Assembly (NCBI GenBank): GCA_016867315.1
Contig: VGJV01000001.1
Coordinates: 130,649-194,648, forward strand
Origin: Candidatus Liptonbacteria bacterium
GTDB lineage: Bacteria; Patescibacteriota; Minisyncoccia; UBA6257; 2-01-FULL-56-20
Length of the DNA: 64,000 bases
Direction: 5' to 3'
Below the pieces are notes generated by a model. It worked only from the letters and a program-made list of their open reading frames with translations, made no database searches and had not been told where the DNA came from. A program made the position numbers and the translations under genes. Position 1 is the first letter of the stretch. Each line of letters starts with the position of its first letter. Below, piece by piece: positions 36,066-43,793 of the stretch.

Positions 36066-38630
36066 TTAGTGATTGGGGTGGTCTCCTCCGCCGCCGCTAC
36101 TGCTGCCGAAAGGACTTTCTACCTTTGGCGCGTGTTCTTCTTTGTGTGCGTGTTCGCCATGGTCTTCGCCTTCATGCACATGCGCCTCATGTTCTTGGCT
36201 CGTCATGTGGCTGGCGAGACTTTTGTTAAGATTGTCGAGGCCTTTTTGCAATTTCTTTTTCAAATCCCCCGCGGAGGCATTGATTCCTTTGTTGTAGGTA
36301 GTTTTCATCAATTTTTCGAAACTCTGTAGTTGTTTCGCATTCAACTTCCCAATAATTTGAGGGACTAGCTGTTGATTGGTGTGTGCCATTTTCTCGGCAA
36401 GTACTTCAGCCATTATTTTAATACTCTCTTTGCTCAACCCGAATGCAGGTTTGTCTCCAAATATTTCTTTATATTGCACTTTGTCGCCTTTCTTTAGTTC
36501 CTCTACTTTTTTCTGTATCTCTTTTTGTTTTTCTAGCGCGTTGACTGTTCTTCCTGTAGGCTTGCCAGTTTCGGGGTCGATTTCGGCCACCTCCGCCTTT
36601 TCTCGCGCAGCTTGAGTCGCTTGTTTTACATATTTTTCAAACTCGGAAGGCTCATTGGCTTTTTGGAGAGCACTCTCTCTCGCATTTTCGGCTTTCTCAG
36701 GGCTATCACCGTGCGCGATTGCTTCTTCGTAGGCGACTTGACCTTTTTTATACCGGGCTACTGCTATTGCTTTGTCGCGTGCTTCCTCAGCTTCCTTGTC
36801 GTTGTCTCCGTGCATTTTAGCTTCTTCATAAGCCTTTTTACCGGCTTCCGATACTTCGGTGTCGCGGGAAAGGCCTTTTCTTTCCGCCCACATTTCCGCT
36901 TCCTCCCCGGCAATTTTTTCAGCTTCGGTCATTGCTTCTAGATAGGGTTTGGACAAACCTGCCCAATCCGTGGCTTTTTGCGCATTCTCATACGCTTCTT
37001 CCTTCCCAAATCGCTTAAAGGCGGCTTTTTGATCCGGAGCAATATATTTCGCATCTACCTTATCGAGCCAACCTTCCTTTGTGGCTTGTTCAATAAGCGC
37101 AATGCGGCGAGCCATGTTCGCTCCCGGGATCAAATTCGCTTTTTGCTGATTGGTCATTCCGGCGGTTTCTTTCTTCACAATTTCCGCTTCTTCTTTGGCG
37201 AGCTTGCCGGTTATCCTTACTTCCCCGGCTTGAATAGCCTCTCCTATTTTTTGACCTGCGAATTGTACGCCTGATAATTTAGCAGCTTTTCCTAGCCCTC
37301 TCATAAATCGATTACTGCTGTTCTGACCATACCCGCCGGACATCATTTTATTGGCTATATTTGGTACCCAGCCCTTAGTTTGGAGTACTTTTCCGCCGAG
37401 TTGCTTAGAGCGGCGGATACCCCAGTTCCCTACTGCTTTTACCGCCCACTTCGTGGCGTGGCCTCCGGCAATCCCGAATTTTTCAGCGACAATGATTCCT
37501 CCGATCGAGAGTCCTACAAGCACTGCGGCTTGGAGGAAAGTGCCAATGGTGTTTGAGGCGCCGCCCAACACGAAGTTCGAAAGCCCCGTAAGGAAGCTCG
37601 TATCATCTGCGGAGGTAAGCCCCAATCCTTTTAAAGCGGCGTATGGATTCGTGCCTCCTTCTTGAGACATTTTTTCCGAGGTGATGATCACAAGCCACAA
37701 GAAAAAAAGCGAGACAGGGGCGAAGAAGGTCCATTTCCAAAATTTATCCCACCATGAGGACCACCACTTCGAGGTATTAGGGAAAACCCACAGGAGCCAG
37801 ACAAGAGGCATGACGATGAGGAGCATCCCTATATAGATGTACCGGACTACAAGCATCCAGAAAAATACCGCGATTGTAATGCAGATCACGATAAGGATGA
37901 CCGCGGCGAATATGAGACTTATAAAAGGGGCAAAAATGGCTCCGAGAGACTGGCCAGCTGCAGCTGCCCCTCCGACTTTTTGCAAGTCTTCCATTTCAGT
38001 GGTGTAGTCTGCTTGAGAAAGAGTGGGATTGAGTATCGCTCGTTGAGGATTGAAAGCGCCTCCGAAGGCTTTAGCAAATTCGTGAAAACCTCGCGTTCCC
38101 CCTCCGCCTCCTGGAAGAGCGGTCAAAAATACTTTCGAGAATTGATCGGAGAAGTTTAGAATCCCCCCTGTAATGACCAAGCTGAAGTTAACCAGAAGAG
38201 CTGCGACAATGAGTTTCACGAGGAGCTTTTTCATTCCGTACGACTCGTAGCGGATGATTGTGGCGATAGCGATGATAATGATGCCAAGTACGAACCCCAG
38301 GTTTGCCACTTGGAGCGAAACCTCGAAGCCTTTTTGTACCGCGGTGGTATTGATGATATTTGTATTCAGCTCGAGCATGATGCCTATCCCGATGACCATG
38401 AGAGAGAGGAAAAATCCCACTACGGAGGTCACAAGATATGCAATCACAAAGGCCACCCAGCCTATGGCTCCTCCCAGGACGCTGCCAATTCCAAAGAGGC
38501 CGGTGAGCCAGCCCCCAAATTGGGCATGAGTGGGTAAAGGCAACAGGAAGGCGGTAGATATTCCGATACTTGCCAAGGCGATTATCGGTTTTCGCCAGAG
38601 TCGATTCACTATAGAAAAAAGGAAGTTCAT
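36066..38630 (-). CDS. VirB6/TrbL-like polytopic membrane protein with a charged coiled-coil C-terminal domain and a His-rich tail
   Basis: Roughly 420 aa with many TM helices, then an E/K/A-rich region with internal repeats (AYEEAKMHGDNDKEAEEARDKAIAVA / AYEEAIAHGDSPEKAENARESALQKA), ending HEAHVHEGEDHGEHAHKEEHAPK. Confidence 0.4.
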   Translation of the reverse strand: MNFLFSIVNRLWRKPIIALASIGISTAFLLPLPTHAQFGGWLTGLFGIGSVLGGAIGWVAFVIAYLVTSVVGFFLSLMVIGIGIMLELNTNIINTTAVQKGFEVSLQVANLGFVLGIIIIAIATIIRYESYGMKKLLVKLIVAALLVNFSLVITGGILNFSDQFSKVFLTALPGGGGGTRGFHEFAKAFGGAFNPQRAILNPTLSQADYTTEMEDLQKVGGAAAAGQSLGAIFAPFISLIFAAVILIVICITIAVFFWMLVVRYIYIGMLLIVMPLVWLLWVFPNTSKWWSSWWDKFWKWTFFAPVSLFFLWLVIITSEKMSQEGGTNPYAALKGLGLTSADDTSFLTGLSNFVLGGASNTIGTFLQAAVLVGLSIGGIIVAEKFGIAGGHATKWAVKAVGNWGIRRSKQLGGKVLQTKGWVPNIANKMMSGGYGQNSSNRFMRGLGKAAKLSGVQFAGQKIGEAIQAGEVRITGKLAKEEAEIVKKETAGMTNQQKANLIPGANMARRIALIEQATKEGWLDKVDAKYIAPDQKAAFKRFGKEEAYENAQKATDWAGLSKPYLEAMTEAEKIAGEEAEMWAERKGLSRDTEVSEAGKKAYEEAKMHGDNDKEAEEARDKAIAVARYKKGQVAYEEAIAHGDSPEKAENARESALQKANEPSEFEKYVKQATQAAREKAEVAEIDPETGKPTGRTVNALEKQKEIQKKVEELKKGDKVQYKEIFGDKPAFGLSKESIKIMAEVLAEKMAHTNQQLVPQIIGKLNAKQLQSFEKLMKTTYNKGINASAGDLKKKLQKGLDNLNKSLASHMTSQEHEAHVHEGEDHGEHAHKEEHAPKVESPFGSSSGGGGDHPNH

Positions 38631-41600
38631 TATTGTTGGACAGTCAGGGTGCGCACTCGCGGGGTGGCGGCTACGCCGTCCACTTCTAAGGTGTAGGTAA
38701 GCCGATAGGTGCCGGGAGGAAGGGTGTACAGAGAAGAGGTTGGATTTAGAGGTTTAATGGTGTTCCGTGCGGAATCTTCTATTTTCACCTGGATTTTGGA
38801 TTGATCAGCTGGCTGGGGGTTGTTGTAATACGGGTAGGCTTTGGCGGTTACCCATTGAGGTAAAAGCGGATTGATATTAGTGGCCTGTTTTTTCGTGAAC
38901 GAGGCGGGCACTTTTGAGACATCAATTACCGGGCGGAGATGGCGGAAGAGTTCCACTTCACGAAATACTATTCTTTGAGCTTCAAATCTCACCTTCGTGG
39001 TTTTTACGGTGTTTGCTTTTATGTTCCCTACATTCGTCCAGTTTCGAGGATCGTTTCGAGAGCCAGGGCCTCGATATGTTTTTTTCATCGCTGTTTCTTG
39101 GGAAAGGTTCACTTTCTTATCAGCTTCGCTGTTGTCTGTAAGGTCTATTTCATAGCGCGTGTTTTCATCTCCTTCGAAAAGTACGAGAAATGGACCCGCT
39201 TGGGTGCCGGTTTGAGCTCCTACAATTGAATAGGGTTTTAATGTAAATTTTTCTTCGCTTAAGTACTTTACATATTTCACCTCATTGAGGTATTCGGGGG
39301 CAAAGAGAGTCACCTCCCACCAGCCAGGATTATTATCCCCTCCATAATTATCGGAATAGGAGTCAAGGGTTCCATCTACCGCCTCCGAAGCGAACCGGTC
39401 TTTGTAGGTGTGGTTTTGGCCGGTGGTTGCGTCATACAGATTTACTTTGGGGTTCTGCGCCTCCAAATCTTCCAAGCCGGAGAGGAGGATATCTCCTTCT
39501 TCTGGGAAGTATATGTCATCGGGTACCGTTTCGGCTCCGGAAGTTTTGCGAGATTCGCTTACAATTCCAGCTACTCCAAATCTCACGCTTTGAAGGGTTT
39601 CAAGTTGTTTTCGCGCATTGGTACAAGCTTGGCTTTTTACCGTGCATTGGACTGTCACCTGATTTCGCAGCTTACATTCTTGTAAGTTTTGACCTGAAAA
39701 ATTCTTACAATTTCTTTCATCGAGCAATGCCTCCATCTGCTCACGAGCGGTGTCGCACGTGCTGCCGCTCTTTCTGCCGGTGTCGCATTCTGTAACTTCT
39801 TTTTGAATATTACATTCTTGAAGGGCTTGCCCAGTGAGGGCGGAGCAATCCGTGACTGTCACGGTCCCTCCCCTTCCGTAGCTTACTTGCGAGAGTCCCG
39901 AGCCGGTGGGTTGCCCATTAATCGCCGAAACTCCCGAGGTAATGAGGCGAGTGAGCGCCGCGTCTGCGGCCACCGCAATCAGACCTGCAATGTCATTCGC
40001 ATTGATAATGGTGTCCGCTGGTAGGGAAAGGCTTTTGGTGAGTGTGTCGCCCAACACTTTTCCGGGAGTGCGCACGATGGGTTGTTCTCCACCTGGACAG
40101 CCATCCGCCAGGTTAGAGCCGTCTGGCATCGGGCCGTACGGGCGAGGATTACCGTCTTTATCCTGCCCCGGTGGTTTGCCGGTCGAGGGACAGATTTCCG
40201 TGCTTAGGAATCCGCTTCCGGCGAGGGCTTTATTTTTGGCGGCTTCGGCGGCGGCAATTGCTTCTCTCGTTACCCGATCGTGACCCTCAATCATGATGCC
40301 GAAGAAGTTCCCCGTGGGTTGGAAGGTGACTCCGTATTGGATCCAGCCGCCGGCGTGGAAGTTGCTATAAAAATTTTTTATATTTGATACCACTTGATTC
40401 AGCGTGCAGCCGGTGTAGACGGGGACGGTGACTCCTGGGGCTTGAATGGAAATACGCAAAAATGCTCCTAGCTCCGAGGGATAGCAAAGTTCCGGAATCA
40501 GTTTTTCTATTACCGCCCCCGCAGCGTTATTGAAGGCATTCGATAAGAATCCTTTCCAGTCTGTCACGAATTGAGGTTTTCCACCGCCGTTGATCCAGCT
40601 CACGATTTGTTGCTGGAGCATCGCAATAAGCTGATTTTTGAGTTCTTGCAGAAACACTTTCTGGGCCAAATCCCACAAGCGTTGGAGCCAATTTTTCTTA
40701 TCATCAGCTACTTCATTCCCTGTGAGTTTTGCAGCAATCTTATTCAGCGTAGCGTCTAATACTGGTACGCGGCTTCCCTGGGCAAACGCTTGTTTAATTC
40801 CTAAAAGGCGTTCTAGCAAAGAAAGCTGGGTTTGAGGAGAGAGAGAAGAAAGATCGAGGAGTTCGGTTTCCCTCGCGAGATTTTGCATGTCTCTGAAGAG
40901 TACCCCCTCCGCCTGTTTTTCTACCTCTTTAATTATTGCGATCGACTTTAAGGGATCGTCTGGTTCTCCCAAGGCTACGTCCACCATTTTTTTCTGGTTC
41001 GAGACGAGCGTGAGTAACTTCTTATGAAATTCCAAAAGAGGTTGAGGCACACTCGCTTTCAAAAGAGCTTGCGTGGCGCTTCTATATACAGTTACCCCGG
41101 CGTAAATTGCTTCGAGACTGGCGGATTTTTTTTGCAGGTTCTCAAAATCATTGCTCAGAATAGTACGATTGAGGACGTCTTCAGTCGTCGCAATATATTG
41201 GGCGAAATCTTGTTCGTTGGGATTTGAAATCAGAGAAAGTTCTTTCTCGTTCACACTTTCCGGAAATTCAGGAAGTTCTTTTAAGAGCGCAGGAGCATCT
41301 ACTAGATTTTGTGTAATAAGTGTTTCGAGGGTGGTGCGGTTGGGAGAGGTAAGGCCATTCGCAGGACCATTGAGGGTGCCTACCGCATCATTTACTCGAA
41401 TTACTTCCCCTGCCAAAATGTTTCCCAGTCGGCGAGTGAGGTTGGTCGAGCTCGCATGTCCGGAGTTAAGAGAGGCGGAGGGAGAAAGTGATTGGGTTTT
41501 CGAGGTAAACGCGTTTTCGGGAGCGGCGGATTTGGAGGTGGAGAGAGAGGGAGTGGCTTCAGAGCGTAAGTAATCCAAGAAGCTCGAGGTGCCGAAGGAG

Positions 41601-41662
41601 AAGAGAGTTGCTAACACAGAGAAGAAGAGGAAGCCGGAAATAAGTTTTTTGATATCGGGCAT
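38630..41662 (-). CDS. large (1010 aa) secreted/surface protein with a Cys-rich central region; first gene of the T4SS-like operon
   Basis: N-terminal hydrophobic signal/anchor and multiple CxnC clusters (…CSALTGQALQECNIQKEVTECDTGRKSGSTCD…). Confidence 0.4.
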   Translation of the reverse strand: MPDIKKLISGFLFFSVLATLFSFGTSSFLDYLRSEATPSLSTSKSAAPENAFTSKTQSLSPSASLNSGHASSTNLTRRLGNILAGEVIRVNDAVGTLNGPANGLTSPNRTTLETLITQNLVDAPALLKELPEFPESVNEKELSLISNPNEQDFAQYIATTEDVLNRTILSNDFENLQKKSASLEAIYAGVTVYRSATQALLKASVPQPLLEFHKKLLTLVSNQKKMVDVALGEPDDPLKSIAIIKEVEKQAEGVLFRDMQNLARETELLDLSSLSPQTQLSLLERLLGIKQAFAQGSRVPVLDATLNKIAAKLTGNEVADDKKNWLQRLWDLAQKVFLQELKNQLIAMLQQQIVSWINGGGKPQFVTDWKGFLSNAFNNAAGAVIEKLIPELCYPSELGAFLRISIQAPGVTVPVYTGCTLNQVVSNIKNFYSNFHAGGWIQYGVTFQPTGNFFGIMIEGHDRVTREAIAAAEAAKNKALAGSGFLSTEICPSTGKPPGQDKDGNPRPYGPMPDGSNLADGCPGGEQPIVRTPGKVLGDTLTKSLSLPADTIINANDIAGLIAVAADAALTRLITSGVSAINGQPTGSGLSQVSYGRGGTVTVTDCSALTGQALQECNIQKEVTECDTGRKSGSTCDTAREQMEALLDERNCKNFSGQNLQECKLRNQVTVQCTVKSQACTNARKQLETLQSVRFGVAGIVSESRKTSGAETVPDDIYFPEEGDILLSGLEDLEAQNPKVNLYDATTGQNHTYKDRFASEAVDGTLDSYSDNYGGDNNPGWWEVTLFAPEYLNEVKYVKYLSEEKFTLKPYSIVGAQTGTQAGPFLVLFEGDENTRYEIDLTDNSEADKKVNLSQETAMKKTYRGPGSRNDPRNWTNVGNIKANTVKTTKVRFEAQRIVFREVELFRHLRPVIDVSKVPASFTKKQATNINPLLPQWVTAKAYPYYNNPQPADQSKIQVKIEDSARNTIKPLNPTSSLYTLPPGTYRLTYTLEVDGVAATPRVRTLTVQQ

Positions 41663-41712
41663 GTGGATAACCGGCGCATTCCTTGTGGATAGAATACGCC
41701 ACCTCTATTATA
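41662..41712 (-). promoter_or_regulatory. leader/promoter of the T4SS-like operon, containing a perfect DnaA box (41662-41670), a second 8/9 box (TGTGGATAG, 41684-41692) and a TATAAT -10 hexamer (41707-41712)
   Basis: On the coding strand this reads …TATAAT…CTATCCACA…TTATCCACATG with the start codon at the end; read directly. Confidence 0.35.
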
Positions 41713-41766
41713 CCCGCCGCGAAACTTACAATTATGCAGTTTTATGCACAGCCCCGTCCTTTTTCT

Positions 41767-42564
41767 CTAGAAAAAGGAGGTGAGGGAGTGAATTTGGGAA
41801 AGAGAGAGGGTTTGGGGGCGGACCGAGGGGTCGATCCCCTTCTCTTTCAGGATTTTGGCGAGTTTCTCTTTGGGGAGCTGGAGGGTGGCGGCAAGATTAT
41901 TGAGCACTGTTTTTCGAGGTTGGCTGAATAATGATTGTACTGTAGCGAAATATTTTTTTTCTTTTCCTTGTTTCACGATGGGGAAAATTTGAATGACTGC
42001 GGATTCTACTTTAGGGGGAGGAGAAAAGGCTCCAGGGGGAATTTGGAGAATAATTTTACCTTTTCCCCAAAATCCCACACTTGCCGCCAATTTATTCATA
42101 TGCGGAGGTTTGGCGAGGAGTCGCTCCGCTACTTCTTTTTGAATCAAAAGAACCGTTAGCTGGGGAGAGGGCTCGCGTTCTCCGATAAGACGTAAGAGAA
42201 ACCCTGTAAGATAGTAAGGAATGTTTCCTACTATTTTATAGGGCAGCTTTGAGCTTTGAGCTTTGAGCTTTGAGATCAGAGAGGGAAGCACTTCTCGAAC
42301 ATCACCCTCTACAATTTCTAGATTTCTGGCTTTGGCAAATTTTATCCGAAGCTCTTCTGCGAGTCGCGCGTCTTTTTCTATCGTTACGATTTTTGGGGGG
42401 CTCGCTAAAAGCTTATCGCTTAACGCTAAAAGCTCTTTCGTGAGTTCCCCGTGTCCTCCCCCTATTTCAATTACCGTTTCTCCTTTTTGGGGAGCAAGGG
42501 CCGCCGTAATTTTAAAAAGCGCGCTTTTATCTTTTAGAAAGTGTTGACCAAGCTTCTGTCCCAT
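41767..42564 (-). CDS. rsmA: 16S rRNA (adenine1518/1519-N6)-dimethyltransferase RsmA/KsgA, carrying two in-frame 10-codon insertions
   Basis: MGQKLGQHFLKDKSALFKI… with the SAM motif VIEIGGGHGELT. The two insertions are the heptamer elements at 42245 and 42405. Confidence 0.85.
   Translation of the reverse strand: MGQKLGQHFLKDKSALFKITAALAPQKGETVIEIGGGHGELTKELLALSDKLLASPPKIVTIEKDARLAEELRIKFAKARNLEIVEGDVREVLPSLISKLKAQSSKLPYKIVGNIPYYLTGFLLRLIGEREPSPQLTVLLIQKEVAERLLAKPPHMNKLAASVGFWGKGKIILQIPPGAFSPPPKVESAVIQIFPIVKQGKEKKYFATVQSLFSQPRKTVLNNLAATLQLPKEKLAKILKEKGIDPSVRPQTLSLSQIHSLTSFF
42245..42274 (+). repeat. 30-bp heptamer element, copy 4 (AGCTTTG x4 plus AG), in-frame inside ksgA (encodes KLKAQSSKLP-region)
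   Basis: Read directly and translated. Confidence 0.7.
42405..42434 (-). repeat. 30-bp heptamer element, copy 5, inverted orientation (CTAAAAGCTTATCGCTTAACGCTAAAAGCT), in-frame inside ksgA (encodes LALSDKLLAS)
   Basis: Read directly and translated. Confidence 0.65.
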
Positions 42565-42632
42565 TTGGGGCTATTATGCCTTGGGAGGGCATTCATGGGA
42601 AGGAAGAACCGTTACGGGTATAATCTCCCTAT

Positions 42633-43793
42633 ATGAGTACCAGGGGCAAAGTTTTGGTGATTTTAGGAAGTGGTCTCTTTATACTTCTCTTATTTTTGGC
42701 TCTGTTCGTGTTTAGGAAGCAGCCTACGCTTCCACAGGCGGTTTATCCAAAAGATTCATACCCCTCTTCTTTAGAAGAAGGGGCTCGCAACGCGTTTTTG
42801 AATTCTAAGGGCGATCGGCTGGTTCCTATGGAAAACGAGAATGGGATGATTTTACCGAGCAGCGATTTTTTACCTACTTCCTCTCGAACGTATTCGGTCG
42901 AAGTGCCCGAGCCGGTGAAGAGTTTTGTCTCGGTTAATACCCCCCCTCTTTCAGAAGAGACTCTTGCTCTCCCCCTTATTCCCGATTCGGAGCTCGCAGT
43001 GGATTCTTCGGGTGTGAAAACTGCTGAGGAATATATAAAGCATTTCATTGCTTTTTCTGGAGAGGTGCAGTTTGATTCTAAGCGTTTTCAATCGGCTCTT
43101 CGAAATTCAGATGGAGTGGCAATTCTTCCGGCTAATTTAATGGAGCAGGCATTGGAACGCAATTCGTTTGTAGAAATAAAACCCTCATTGCTTATTTGGA
43201 AAGAATTTATTTCTGCAAAGCTTGCATTTATGAAAGGCATCAAGGTATATGGCGAGGCTGTGTTGGTGCAGAAGAGGATGCTTGGATTCGATGAGCTTAC
43301 CCTAGGTCTTATTGAGGATGCTTTAAAAGTGGAGGAAGGAAAAATGATGCGTGCAGAATTTGAGAACTTTTTTAAAAAGTTTAGAGCCACTGCGCGACAG
43401 GAGAACCGAGAATTAGGAAAGCAGTTTCAATTAGCAAGGCTTCAGAGGGACGGAGGATTTTTTGACCGTCTCCTCGCTTGGTTCGGAATTCTCCCTGTTT
43501 CTGCGGCTAATCCTCCACTTGGGGCCACTCTTGGGCAGCCTTTGATGTGCACGTGTGAAAACGCGTACTGGATTCCAGTGACGGGGCCCACGGTGCCGCC
43601 CATCGGTTCGATCTGGGTGCCTATGACTTTCTTGTCCTCGCCTCTTTATTATGACAACCAAACTATGCGCGCCGGAGTATGGTGGCTAGGGCTCTATACC
43701 CAAGGCATACAAACCTGCAAAGATGCTTCGGATGAGTGTAGTGGAGTGTGGAGGCAGGGTGCTCCTATTTTTATGACTGGTACAAACAGTTAA
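42633..43793 (+). CDS. hypothetical membrane-anchored protein with a Cys-containing C-terminal domain
   Basis: N-terminal TM VLVILGSGLFILLLFLALFVF; no family recognised. Confidence 0.35.
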   Translation: MSTRGKVLVILGSGLFILLLFLALFVFRKQPTLPQAVYPKDSYPSSLEEGARNAFLNSKGDRLVPMENENGMILPSSDFLPTSSRTYSVEVPEPVKSFVSVNTPPLSEETLALPLIPDSELAVDSSGVKTAEEYIKHFIAFSGEVQFDSKRFQSALRNSDGVAILPANLMEQALERNSFVEIKPSLLIWKEFISAKLAFMKGIKVYGEAVLVQKRMLGFDELTLGLIEDALKVEEGKMMRAEFENFFKKFRATARQENRELGKQFQLARLQRDGGFFDRLLAWFGILPVSAANPPLGATLGQPLMCTCENAYWIPVTGPTVPPIGSIWVPMTFLSSPLYYDNQTMRAGVWWLGLYTQGIQTCKDASDECSGVWRQGAPIFMTGTNS

